Shown one piece after another: positions 51,908 to 64,000 of a stretch of DNA of 64,000 nucleotides. The notes under the pieces were generated by a model, which worked only from the letters and a program-made list of their open reading frames with translations, did not search any database and was not told the origin of the DNA. How positions within the stretch are numbered: position 1 is the stretch's first letter; each line of letters opens with the position of its first letter. Source of the stretch: Trichosphaerium sp. ATCC 40318 (lineage: Eukaryota; Protista; Tubulinea); NCBI GenBank assembly GCA_038496445.1, contig JALMLS010000361.1, forward strand, positions 224,385 through 288,384, given 5' to 3'. The translations under genes were made by a program, and so were the position numbers.

Positions 51908-54900
51908 TTACTTCCTTGCATCAGCATACTTGCTCTTTCGCAAGTCGAAAAGCTTTTGACGTTCCATTTTGAGACTCTCTTCAAGTTCCAAAATTTTGGT
52001 GTTGAGTTCAAGCTCGTCTTTGAATGAGCCCGTCCATTTCTTGGCAGCTTCGGCAATTTCCTTTTCGCGATTTGCTCTTCCCTAAGCCATATGTATTAGT
52101 CATTGTGGTTGTAACAAAAGACACAAAGGAAACTAAATTACGTACAGCGAGTCTAGCAGCTTCTACGAGTTTACTTGTTGCTCCTTTTACAGCAGCGGCG
52201 GCTCTATCTAAGCCAGCCTATATACGATTAATCTGAGATTATGGGCTAATTGTAGTACCTGTGTTTTGCTTCCAGGATCTGACTTTGAACGTGTAGCAGC
52301 TACTAATTGTACTGTCGCTTGTGCTACGAACTTACTTGCAGCAATCAAAGCAGCTTCTTCAATCTCGCCTTTAAGTACGTGATTAGCACAGAAAAAAAAA
52401 CTCACACAAAAAACCCTTACCTTGTGCGGCAGCATTAGCTGCTGACACTAGTTGGTTAACTGCAGCAGCTACTGCTTTAGCAGCTGAGATGAGACCTTCG
52501 GCCCACATAGGGTCACTAGGACAGACATTAGTAATTGTTAATCTTACAAAAAAAAAAAAAAGTGACACATACTCTAGGTACTTCTTCTGACCAGGTGTGG
52601 CGTGACGGCCTTTGGCTTTTCTCTCTGCTTGTGCGCCAGCAGCAGCCTTAAAATTAACAAGTTAGACTACCTTTGTGTAGCATGTACTACGTACTCCAAC
52701 AAGGATTTTAGTGGCCTTTGTAATGGCCATTGCTGCGGCCATGATAGACTCGGAAACTTGTAATTGTTCTGGTGACAGAGCAACATCACGTGCAGATGCG
52801 CTTTGCTCAAGACTCTTTGCTGCCATTTCAATAACTCTGGCTGCTTCAAGTAGTTCTCTTTCAGCAATGTCATCAATATTTTCGCCCTCTGGAATAGCCA
52901 AGTTGTACTAGTGAAAAAAATTGTTTTAACATAACGTTATAAACGCATTGCTTTGTACTAACCTCAACGGCTTCTTTGACAGCTTGTTCGAGACTATCAA
53001 TTTGGCTTGTAACCTAAAATGGCGCCTTTTAGTACTTTTACCAGAGCCAAAACGGCAATACCTTATCTTCGCTGGCTTGTAAAAATTTGAGTTGGTCAGC
53101 TTCTGGCTCGTCTGGTCCGATCATTTGTACATGGTTTAAAAATTTTGCGGAGCCTTCTCCAGTTCCTCTATTTAACAACAAAGTAAGGCGATTTGTAAAT
53201 AATAAAAAAAAAAAAGGTACAATTCTTTAAAACTCACCTAATTGCATCCAGCAATTTGTGTTGAATAGAAGGATCTTCAACAAAGTTGGAGTATCCTCGA
53301 CCGTCTACAATCAGTTTTTTCGTAGTGTCTGATAATTGTTTGGAATACTGTGCAAAATGTTAGCACGTATCAGATAACAGCAATGACGGGCTTACCATTA
53401 CAACATTATCGGCACCATCTCCCAAATCACCCATCATGGATTTGAATGCATCACGAAGCGCTGCTGCCGCATCAAGCAGATCTTGTGCACTAGCGTTCTA
53501 CACATACAGAATTTAGAGACGAGTTTGTTGTATGTTTTGTGTACTTGGTTTCCTTTGTACTCTGGTTCATCAAGTCTAAACAATGATGCACCAATTCCTT
53601 TAGAAGCAAAATCTAGGCGAATTGCAAAGTGAGAATGCGAGTGATGGTGCAAAGTAAACAAGTCGATTTTTTTTTTCACACAAAAAACCAAGCACATACC
53701 AATTTGTTCGTCAAACATTCTTCTTCTCTCCTCGTCAAACTCATCCTGGAGGCTCTCAAGTTGTGCACGTAGCTCAACATTTTGCTCTTCTACTTGTTTC
53801 ACGTGTGTGTTGGTCTAATGGGGTGGCTGTAAGAAAAGTAGTTGAATACGAATTTATGCAAACTTACAGAAGCAACTGCATCCTGAACTGTGGATTCAGC
53901 AGATTTAAGGGCATTGCGCAACATCGAATTTTCATCTGTCAATTCCTTGATAGTGGCCTAGTACAAAAACAGAGGTTGAGGAATCAATGGTACAAAAATA
54001 AAAAATATTAAAATGCTGAATCAGTCATTTACCTTCAATTGCTTTATCTCTGCACGTAGAGCGGCGTTCTCTGCGTTGGTCTTTGCATTAGCCTGAACAG
54101 CAGCAGGGGATGGTACTGACTTTGGGGGAGTTGGCTTTGGTACCGGTGTGCTAACCTGTAACAGATCTGCGAATGGTTCATTGGGGTTCATGTTCATAAA
54201 TGGGTTAACCTCAAAATTTGGTTAGCCAACAATTAAAAAAAAAAAAAAGAAAATTAGTTACCAAAGGAGCTTTTTTGGGTGGGACAACAACAGGCCTAGT
54301 AACGGGCAGGTTTTGTACAACCGGAAGGACTTTTGGGGTATATACAGGTTGACGTGTAGGGGCAACTTTGATAGTGTTCAAACCGCTCATAAAGTTGGTA
54401 GGCTAATAGTTCGGTTAGAAAGAGAAGTACAATAATTTTTCTCTGACATTTTCAACGTCTACAAACCAAAAAAACCAAAAAAACAAAAAAAAAGTCATTA
54501 AACAGAGAGAGGTTGGCACGCACTGGTTTTACTACTGGCTTCACGACTGGTTTTGGCATGGTGGCCTTCTTTTTTGTAGCGGTCTTTCTTGGTGGCGGTT
54601 TAGAAACAGTTTCGAACTTTGGTGGATTTGGGGAAAGTGTAGGGACAGCTATTTGACTCGACACATATTGTAGTTGCTTTACCTTTTGGTAAAACTTACG
54701 CATGTCACCATACATTGTGTAAAATCTGTCTGTCAAGAATGTCAAAACATCAATGTTGTCAACAACTAGTTTGTAAACACTTGTTAGTTTCGGTTTAATA
54801 ATACGTGCATAGCATAAATGAACGTACCAGTCATCAAACGCTCCAGGAACCATTTCTACAAAATTTCTGTTAGATTTTCTAACCATACAAAGTAATTTTG

Positions 54901-56123
54901 TTTAAAACGGCAAATTCTCCGTACTGTCATTCGATAAATCTCAAAGGATTCCAGTACAAGCGGAATGAAGCATGCAACCTTGAGGTCATTTAATCCAGGG
55001 TTCTTGAATACTGCTGCTTCAAAAGTAAGACATGATTGTTGCAAATCTAATAAGTGGTTCACAATTTCAAGCCTATTTACAGTGTCAGTGCATAAAGCGC
55101 CATAATGGCGAACACAGATAACGCAATCAAAATTATAAATTGTACGTCAAAAAGAAAAAGGGAAAGAACTAAACGCATCAAAACGTTTGTGCATGCGCTC
55201 GTTTTGGTTTTTGTGTATTTCTCCAACAAAAAATCAAAAAAAATTATGATGACATAAGCGTTGCACAACATTTTAACGTACGCTTGCTTCACTGGAGGGA
55301 ATTTATTTTTTTCTGTGTATTTCTGGATGGAAATAGTGCCCTCAATCTCTCTGTGTGCGTGGTGAAAATTGAGTTTATCCAAAATGTAGGTAATGTATGC
55401 TGCGTTAATTATACCATACTCTAGATCGAATGGTTAGGAACATTGGGAGGTGACCATTAGCGTAAAAGAAAAATCAAAAAAAAAAAAAAAACATGTTACT
55501 AAAAGTTCGTACCGCTTGGAAATCGTTTCCAAGCCTTTCGCAGGTTGTCGAGGAATGATCGACGCACAAAGCCGTCCGAGAGACTCTATTACAGAGCTAA
55601 GTATTGGAGTTACGAGAGGGCACAAATTCTGGAGTTGTAAACCTTCACGTATAAATGCCATAAGCGTTGTGTACCTGTGGGTGGCCATGAATAAGCAATT
55701 TATGCACAACGAGAAGCGTTTTGAGGCATTCGATCTGTTTCTGGTCTAGCGGTTTTCTGAACAATTCAGATAGAATATTACTGGCGCCACGTTCGTTCCA
55801 GCTTTCAATTGTGATCGCTAGAACAACTGAGGAAAACGGCGAAATAATAACAAAAATAAAAAAATGTAAGTAATTATTTTTAAATTCGCTGAGCTATCAC
55901 TGAGCGCGGTTCGCGCCGCCTAAGGCCGATGCTATCGTGGCTGTGCGTTCGTTAACGTACTGCGCTCGTGTTTGTTTTTAGGTGGTATCGGTTTTTTCGT
56001 TATAATCTTTCTGATCGCTTCCTCCAGTTGCGCTTGCTGTTTTGTGACACCGCGCGTGTTGATGGTGTGGTTATTCGCGTATTGCACTGCTACCTTCAAA
56101 TTCTTTTTGGTTGTGCTAGCCAT
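51908..56123 (-). CDS. HIP1/Sla2-like protein (ANTH, coiled coil, talin-like I/LWEQ)
   Basis: PPKNKHER, CLKTLLVVHKLLIHGHP (ANTH); DPMWAEGLISAAKAVA, ATVQLVAATRSKSD, KILELEESLKMERQKLFDLRK (I/LWEQ). Confidence 0.9.
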
Positions 56124-56312
56124 CGCGATAAGATTAAATACTACGAGCGGCTGGTTTTGTTTAAAGGGTTTTTGATGGTATTGATTTTGGCCAGCAAAAA
56201 GTATAACGTTTTCATTTCACCCAAAAACAAAAAATTAAAGCGTGCAAGCGCGAGTAAAATGTACATACATAAAGAAAAACCATTCATAGTTGCAGTTGGT
56301 AGTGATTGATTA

Positions 56313-56735
56313 GACTACAAGCTGAATGGGAAGGAAACAACACGCCTGGCGCCCAAAAACCTTACTTGGTATGTAAAATTGCCGTGCGCGTTGGTTAAAT
56401 GCTTTAGCGTTATTTTTTAGTCTAAAACTTTGTAGATATTAAAGAAAAAGCATTTAGCTACGCAAGTTCATCCACAGACGACAAAAGATGACCATTCGGC
56501 AGTTACATGCCTGTTCGACCAAACTTCAAGGAAGAACAGCTGTGCAAACGTGCGCCAGGGCAGGCTTGTTGGCAAGATGACATTTGATGAAAATGTCTGC
56601 TACGATTTCGCCAAAAACATCACCGGCATGCATCTACAAACTCTGAAAATCTGTACCAGTGAACACAAACGCAAACACACAAGAGGTGACCAATCAAAGG
56701 AATTTATGTGCCAGTATCTGGCATTTGTACAATAA
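56313..56735 (+). CDS. Possible small hypothetical gene
   Basis: Exon 56436-56735 is open for about 100 codons after a canonical acceptor, with a phase-compatible upstream exon; no recognisable motif. Confidence 0.3.
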
Positions 56736-56869
56736 TGTATCTTGTAAATGTAGCTGTTAAAGAAAAATTAATACATAATCATAAAAAAAGGTTTTTTATC
56801 CCCAAATTCCAAATTCTAACCATTAAAGCCAAAGTTTAACCGTATAGAGTTGTAAACATAACTTGCACC

Positions 56870-57140
56870 TTAACTCTAAATGGCAATAACCCTAACCCTA
56901 GCCCTAGCTAACTGTCAATGTATCAAACACTTGTAAACCTAACTTTAACCCTAACCAACAACAGATGTATAACAATCATTAGGGTTGTAAACCTAACCCT
57001 AGCCCTAATATCAGATTGCAATTACATGTCAAAACCTTAATCCTAATAAAGTACAATAACAATTAGGATTATACCTTAGAAGCCAATTAGGGTTAGAAAC
57101 TATGTGATTTAGGGTTAAGAATTTAAGGGTTAGGGTTAGG
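56870..57140. repeat. Degenerate telomere-like (CCCTAA then TTAGGG) tract
   Basis: ccctaaccctagccct, ccctaacc, cctaaccct on the left; ttagggttag and agggttagggttaggg on the right. Confidence 0.75.
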
Positions 57141-57179
57141 GATCTATGCTGTTGCTAAACAGCATGTAGGCAATGTATG

Positions 57180-58893
57180 TTGCCGATACTTATACATATA
57201 GTACTATGTAACAGTGCGAAGCACTGTGTAGAAATATATCGCGAAGCGATATATTATAGGGTCACAACGACAACATTCTGTAGCGAAGTGGCAAAAAAGC
57301 AAAAAACTCATAGAATCCAACAATTTGTAGCGAAGCGGCACGCATGCGGGACCTAAAGTGGAATGCATTATGTAGCAAAGCGGTAGGCATGCAAAGATTA
57401 TGGTGGAATGCATTCTGAAGCGAAGTGCCATATTACAAAACCTAATGCGAAAAAAAAATTAAAAGAATCTAAGATACTGTAGCGAAGCGGTATGCATGTG
57501 ACACCTAATATCGGATGCATTATTCAGCGAAGTGGCACATATGCGGTGCCTACAGTGGAATGCATTCTGAAGCGAAGCGCTTCATGTGTAAAAAATGAAA
57601 AAATCCAAGATATTATAATGAAACAGGTCTAAAAATTAAAGTGGTATATACCAGTTTTTTTATGGTATATACCACTTTTTTCAACAAAATGGTATATGAA
57701 CTGGTATATACCATTTTGAAATACCACTTTTTTTAGAAATTAAGTGAATAAAAAAGTGGTATATGGAAGTGGTATATACCACTTTTCATTCACATAATGA
57801 GACCTTCTAAAAATGGTATATAAAGTGGTATATACCACTTTTTTATGGTATGTGGTATATACCACCTTTTTATTGGTATATACCACTTTTATGGTATGCT
57901 TCAAGAAGGTCATTAAGGAGCTTTTTGGTAATGGGTTTTCTTGTTGAACGATCATAGACGTCATACATTGAACGGTGCGTAGGGACCTTAGTATATCATA
58001 GAATCTAACCAAACCAAGCTCATTCGAACCACAGGACCTGATTCCAGTACCAATATTAAGGAACATACATTGCAGGTATTATACAGACGTTCGTGGGTAC
58101 CAGACAAAGTTTTATTTTATTTTCGTTTGATATACATTAACCGACCTCCGTAGGCCTTAGTAATTGATGGATTCAGGTGGGACCACTTTCATTAGGTGCG
58201 CAGCATGTTTTTACAGTAGGTACAGCAAGCTCATAGAGATGGACGAATTTTCCAGATGCCCATAGTAATGTAACTGTAGTGGACATTGTCCAAAACTTGT
58301 AGCTCACAAACTGTGTATTAAATAAAGTGTATTTTCTGGAATTGCAGGTGTACCATAAGTAGGCATAAAGTGGTATATAAAAGTGGTATATACCATGAAA
58401 AACTGGTATAAAAAAGTGGTATATACCTGGTATATACCTAAAAAAAGTGGTATAAAAAAGTGGTATATTTTTTTTTTTCTGGTGAAAAAAAGTGGTATAT
58501 TTTCTGTTTTTATACCTGTTTTTTTTGGTATATTGTTGGTATATTTGGTCAATATACCACTTTTTTTGGTATATTTTGGTCAAAATATACCACTTTTTTT
58601 GGTATATACCATAAAAAACTGGTATAAAAAAGTGGTATAAAAGTGGTATATACCAAAAAAACTGGTATATTTTTTTAGACCTGAAAAAGAATATAATACC
58701 TAAAGTGGAATGCATTATTTAGCGAAGCGGTACATGTATAAACCTCAAAGTGGAATGCATTTTGAAGCGAAGTGCTTTATACAAAAAAATGAGGAAATTC
58801 AAAATATTGTAGTGAAATAAGAATTACAATATTTAAAAGTGGAATGCATTATTTAGCGAAGCAGTACATACGAACCTCACAGTAGAATGCATT
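57180..58893. repeat. Degenerate satellite (GCGAAGYGG..AAAGTGGAATGCATT units), interrupted by a TIR element
   Basis: Same-orientation units at 57240-57620 and 58690-58890. Confidence 0.75.
57624..58683. mobile_element. Non-autonomous DNA transposon / MITE-like element, 1060 bp
   Basis: Terminal inverted repeats CAGGTCTAAAAA (57624-57635) and TTTTTAGACCTG (58672-58683); subterminal arrays of palindromic AAAGTGGTATATACCACTTT at both ends; splits a satellite unit. Confidence 0.75.
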
Positions 58894-58902
58894 TTGGGTT
58901 AG

Positions 58903-61362
58903 AGTTAGGGATTTAATTTGAACCATGCATTACCGCATACCTTATCATATCGCTTAAGTCAATTTCGTTTTTTGTACCTTATACATTGGCATAAATTACC
59001 CGATTGCTGGTGGTTTGTAGGATTTTATAGCAGTATACGTCGATTTGGTGAGCCATTCTTTGATTTTTGGATTTTTTCTGATTTTTCCAATGGGATTTTT
59101 TTAGCAAAAAATTGGATACATCTTTGCTTGGAGGCTGCAGTTACATGATCACCTATAGTACACTTATACATATACATGTATGCCATTTTGCTCAAGGAAT
59201 CCAATGCATTCATTTATTTTATCATACCTATCCATCATGAATAGTTATTAATTCATTTATATGTTTTACCTTTTATAGCATATGTTTTTGAAAATGGTCA
59301 CGGCCAACAACATGATGGATCGATGGCGACTGAGGATATATAGTGCTTGGCATAGTAATAATAAGAGGTATACAGTTTATTTGGTGGGGTGGCATATATG
59401 CGATCCAAAATCAGGAAAATGTAGAAATTTCCTCCATTTTTTCATTTTTTAGTGGTCGTCCACCATACCCCCTATGAATATTTACTTTAATTGTTATGCC
59501 ATCTTAATATACTTTATATAAGCCTACATAAAAACAAAAATGATGATTGGATTTAAAAGCTTAGAAGCATTTTGAGTTTGTGCCCTTTTTGGCCAAAAAT
59601 GATGACATCGTTCGTTGATGCACCAGGCCCCCCATATATTATCTATGGTGTGCGATTCTTCATTTTTCTATTAACAAACATCATGGCATCATCTTATAAT
59701 TTACTATATATACATAGATGATCTTGATGAAGCTACCTACAATCATACTTTATGGTAAAAAAACCAAAAAAATGCCATTTTTGCCAAAAACAGCTTTGCC
59801 TCCATGGTACCTCTTGATGCCATATATCTTTGTTATATGGCTACTTTTTATCTATTTGGAGATGTTATCATGGGTGTAAAATTATATTGGCATAGAGCTT
59901 TTTATAGTGCCAATAATTTTTTTGGTGTGTGTTTATGAATTCATCTATTTTGTTGGACTTATATCATATATTTACAATCTATTGCACATACATGATCTCA
60001 AGCATGGTAGTTGATGATTTGTGAAACATGAATATAATAGATGTTTTTAATGCAGCGACACAGATGTTTTATTGAGAATTATAGCTTTTTTATTTTTTTT
60101 TGTGGTATATATGCCTATCAAGGCCACTTATGGGGTTAGGAATTTAATTTGAACCACGCATTACCGCATACCTTAACATATTGCTTAAGCCAATTTCGTT
60201 TTTTGTACCTTATACATTGGCATAAATTACCCAATTGCTGGTGGTTTGTAGGATTTTATAGCAGTATACGTCGATTTGGTGAGCCATTCTTTGATTTTTG
60301 GATTTTTTTTGATTTTTCCAATGGGATTTTTTTAACAAAAAATTGAACACATCTTTGCTTGGAGGCCGCAGTTACATGATCACCTATGGTTGACTTATGC
60401 ATATACATGTATGCCATTTTGTTCAAGGAATCCAATGCATTTATCTATTTTGTCATACCTATCCATCATGAATAGTTATTAATTAATTTATATGTTTTAC
60501 CTTTTATAGCACATGTTTTCAAAAATAGTCACAGCCAACAACATGATGGATCGATGGCGACTGAGGATATATAGTACTTGGCATAGTAATAATAAGAGGT
60601 ATATAGTTTATTTGGTGGGGTGGCATATATGTGATCCAAAATCAGGAAAATATAGAAATTTCTGCCATTTTTTCATTTTTTAGTGGTCATTCACCATACC
60701 CCCTATGAATATTTACTTTAAATGTTATGCCATCTTAATATACTTTATATAAGCATATATAAAAACAAAAATGATGGTTGGATTTGAAGGCTTAGAAGCA
60801 TTTTGAGTTCATGCCCTTTTTGGCCAAAAATGATGACATTGTTCGTTGATGCACCAAGCCCCCCATATATTATCTATGGTGTGCGATTCTTTATTTTCCT
60901 ATTAACAAACATCATGGCATCATCTTGTAATTTATTATATATACATAGATGATCTTGATGAAGCTACCTACAATCATACTTTATGGTAAAAAAACCAAAA
61001 AAATGCCATTTTTGCCAAAAACAGCTTTGCTTCCATGATACCTCTTGATGCCATATATCTTTGTTTTATGGCTACTTTCTATCCATTTGGAGATGTTTTC
61101 ATGGGTGTAAAATTATATTGGCATAGAGCTTTTTATAGTGCCAATAATTTTTTTGGTGTGTGTTTATGCAATTCATCTATTTTGTTGGACTTATATCATA
61201 TATTAGCAATCTATTACACATACATGATCTCAAGCATAGTGGTTGATGATTTGTGAAACATGAATACAATAGATGTTTTTAATGCAGCGACACAGATGTT
61301 TTATTGAGAATTATAGCTTTTTTATTTTTTTTTATGGTATATATGTCTATCAAGGCCACTTA
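58903..61362. repeat. Tandem duplication of a ~1231-bp non-coding unit (2 copies)
   Basis: Unit 1 about 58903-60131 and unit 2 about 60135-61362; both start gttagg(g/a)atttaatttgaacc and end tatcaaggccacttat; scattered substitutions. Confidence 0.95.
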
Positions 61363-61909
61363 TGTTAAAATAACATACATAATTGTTTTTATATTTGATT
61401 ATTAGATATATAACATACTTTTTATAAAAGAATATATCATCTTAGTGCTAAAATAAAGGTTTTTTCTCAATGTCAACATGCAAAAAATGCTATTTGTACT
61501 AAAAAATGATGTAAATAACAGTTTTAATATCAGCTATGTTATCATACAATATATTTTTATAAAGTATTATATTGTAGTTACATAGAAATAACAATGATTT
61601 GGTTCTAAATGATCATGGTATTTAGTAGTGATAGTAAATAAATATTTTTTTTCATTTTATAGTTTTATCCATTAGGGTTGCCTTGATTACTCGCCATGTA
61701 TATCATCATACATGTAGCGCTTGATGTATATTATGTCAATATGTCTTAATTTATTGTGTATAAAGTATGAGTTATATATATTACCTTGGTGTATTGTTAT
61801 GAGGTGTTTTTGTAAAAGTACTAAGTTTTTTAATATTCAGTGTTTATTTTCGCTTAATGAGCAAGACTTGCCTTTTTTGGTAGTTGGTTCACTGAATGAG
61901 AATCAGCGA

Positions 61910-62130
61910 ACACTAGGGTTTAAACCTCTAAGCCTTAGTGTACAAAACCCTAATTCACTGATACTAGGGTTTTCACCGAACATTAGGGTTAGAGTTTAGG
62001 AGTATGTACCAACCGTATTTTTTTGTACACTACTCTACCTTGTTGTAAAATTTTTTCGATTTTTTTGGCTTTTTTTTATGTTTTTTGCACATACAATCTC
62101 CCTGTAGGGTTACAGCAAGATAGGGTTTTT
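61910..62130. repeat. Second cluster of telomere-like TAGGGTT/AACCCTA motifs
   Basis: ctagggttt, aaccctaa, ctagggtttt, ttagggttagagtttagg, gtagggttac, tagggtttt. Confidence 0.6.
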
Positions 62131-62316
62131 TACAAACCCAGGACCTCATCAACAATCTTGCAAACTGTCAAATTCTCATTTTTTTCTTACTTTTTTTAAA
62201 CAGGCGAAATTTCTGATTCACATTTCGAAACACGAAATTTTCCTGTCTATTTCTCAATGCGATTATTGGGGGAAAAAAAGCCTCATTTTACTTTTTTGAC
62301 TTTTCATAAATCAAGG

Positions 62317-64000
62317 ATGAGCTCAGATGAAGACCTCTCTCTCATAAACATTGAGTTTTCTGATGAGGATGAGCCCTCCAAAGAAGCTGATGGTAAGCCC
62401 AGGCTCAGGAGGAAGAGAGTACTAGGTACTAACCTCTTTTTTACTCTTTGTTTTTTTAAAACCCCCTTTATTAGTCTTATTTTAATTTTTAAAGACTAAT
62501 AAAGGGGGTTTTTTTGCTTTTAAATGGTTTTTTCAAAACCCCTAATTTTTCAAATAAATTTCGAAAAAAAATGACAGTTTTTGTACACGGTTTCCATGTG
62601 TCCGATTTTTTCGTTACCATGCGGTTTTTTTGCATGGTAGAACCAAACCAAACGAGGGTTTCGTAACATGCAGAACGCATGTGTGTTGTTTTTCATTTGG
62701 TTTTGGTTCACACTGTTTTATTTTGCTTTAATTTTCAACAGCGAGCTCGCCACGGCATTAGAACACGTATATCGCGTGTTAGAAAGTCGCGCTAGTTGGC
62801 GGTTGGTTTTGGTACACAATTAAATTGTGTACTTTTTTTTTAATTTTTTTTGTTGTTTTGCTTTTTTTACAGACCATGATCTCGCTGTACGGTTTTAAAC
62901 ACGGTTTTTACGTGTTCGTACATGACCGCGAGCTCGCGGTCAGTTTTTGTACACATAAAAAGTGTGTACTTTTTTAAAAACCGTTTTTTTTATAAAGTCT
63001 TGCTTTATAACTGACTGTAAGCTTGCTGCATGGTATACAACACATGTTTATTGTGTTCGTACCTGACCGCGAGCTCGTGGTCGGTTTTTGTACACATAAA
63101 AAGTGTGTACTTTTTAAAAAACCGTTTTTTTTTTATAAAGTCTTGCTTTATAACTGACTGCAAGCTTGCCGTTGTGTATGTAACACGTTTTTAATGTGTT
63201 CGTTTCCGACCGCAAGCTTGAGGTCATACTTTCCACACAGAAAAAACGTGTTTGTATATTTATTTAATGTGCCATCTTCTAATACTCTTTTTAGCTCCAA
63301 CAAGCCCTGGTTGGATGATTGTGAGTACCCATGGAAACCACAACACTGAAACAAAAATTGTGGGTACTCTCATTGGAGAACACAGAGATGTTATCTTTGG
63401 TTTTGAGTAAGTTGGTTGTTTTTTTGGTTTTTTTTTTGTTTTGTCCATTTTTTTTTTTTTTTATTCATTAAATTTTGCGTTCAATGCAACACGTGCGGCG
63501 CATGTTCGTAAACGTAGCTGTCATTTATATTTTTTTTTTATTTTGTCCATTTTTTTTTTTTATCCATTAAATTTTGCGTTCAATGCAACACGCGCGGCGC
63601 ATGTTCGTAAACGTAGCTGTCATTTATATTTTTTTTTTATTTTTGTTGGCATGTGTTGGAGTCCCAAATAACTCCTAACAACAAGCTGAAGGCAGCATTC
63701 AAGGTACGTTTTCCGATACATACACGTTCGGGCTGTGTTCGTTTTATTTCAGTTTTTTTTTTTTTGATTTTTTTTTTTTTTTGATTATTTTTTGATTTTT
63801 TTCCCTAAAGTATTCATAACACATTTTTCATGTGTCAAACGTGCGACTGCGAGCTCGCGGTCGTGTACGAACACTTAAATATCCTGTTGTAAAATTGTCA
63901 GCTTTTAGTGGTTTTTTTTTTTTGTTTTTTTTTTAAATTAATTTGTTTCTGTAGGAGAGATTTCCATTTGTTGAAGGAGTAGACCAACTGCAGAAGTTTA
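62317..64000 (+). CDS. Unknown gene (5' part) with long repeat-filled introns; runs off window; may be a pseudogene
   Basis: Exons 62317-62425, 63295-63406, 63649-63703 and 63955-end join in frame: MSSDEDLSLINIEFSDEDEPSKEADGKPRLRRKRVL-APTSPGWMIVSTHGNHNTETKIVGTLIGEHRDVIFGFE-HVLESQITPNNKLKAAFK-ERFPFVEGVDQLQKF; exon-3 acceptor reads TG, not AG. Confidence 0.6.
62905..63230. repeat. ~142-bp intronic tandem repeat carrying palindrome TGACCGCGAGCTCGCGGTCA
   Basis: Perfect 20-bp palindrome at 62923-62942; variants near 63064, 63207 and 63844. Confidence 0.85.
63439..63640. repeat. ~100-bp intronic direct duplication
   Basis: ttttgtccatt..cattaaattttgcgttcaatgcaacac..catgttcgtaaacgtagctgtcatttatat present twice. 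Confidence 0.9.

Noticed and set aside
56870-57140. True telomere or chromosome-fusion site
   Set aside because: Only 2-3 consecutive units at most, degenerate, in CCCTAA-then-TTAGGG order; an end-to-end fusion would give TTAGGG-then-CCCTAA.
58173-58715. 180-aa Y/F/K-rich ORF and overlapping ORFs
   Set aside because: Translation of the GTGGTATATACC repeat array, not protein-like.
57240-58890. Repeat-spacer appearance suggestive of a CRISPR array
   Set aside because: Repeats are degenerate and irregularly spaced, intervening sequences are related to each other, there are no cas genes, and the context is eukaryotic.

Overview
Gene-dense, AT-rich eukaryotic (protist-type, possibly amoebozoan; taxon is inference) genomic DNA with many short GT-AG introns, so the ORF track fragments most genes; I reassembled exons by eye. 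Positions 1-56.2 kb hold about 20 genes. Recognisable ones are a CLASP/TOG-like protein, PARN, exportin-4, a UBE2E-like E2, CCZ1, a class-V PLP C-S lyase, Tudor-SN, a C2-WWE-PARP6/8-like ART, a MYSM1-like Myb-JAMM protein, an SLC25A44-like carrier and HIP1/Sla2, plus intronless F-box-repeat genes and pseudogenes. The most striking signal is four dispersed, diverged paralogs (6.2, 20.1, 35.6, 39.3 kb). Each is built from 4-7 tandem ~70-aa W-rich repeats ending in a Vsr/DUF559/RAP-like PD-(D/E)XK nuclease domain, a candidate modular repeat-guided nuclease family. Other oddities: PARN ending in a CaaX box, an E2 with SUMO-interacting motifs and a highly structured first intron, an F-box+CRIB+acidic-Trp protein, a candidate Pol III ncRNA near 29.6-29.9 kb, and strong CACGTG over-representation. 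From about 56.8 kb the window becomes a repeat island: telomere-like tracts, a satellite, a 1060-bp TIR element, a 1231-bp tandem duplication, and a gene with long palindrome-filled introns that runs off the end. Exon boundaries and several start codons are approximate; no database searches were possible.
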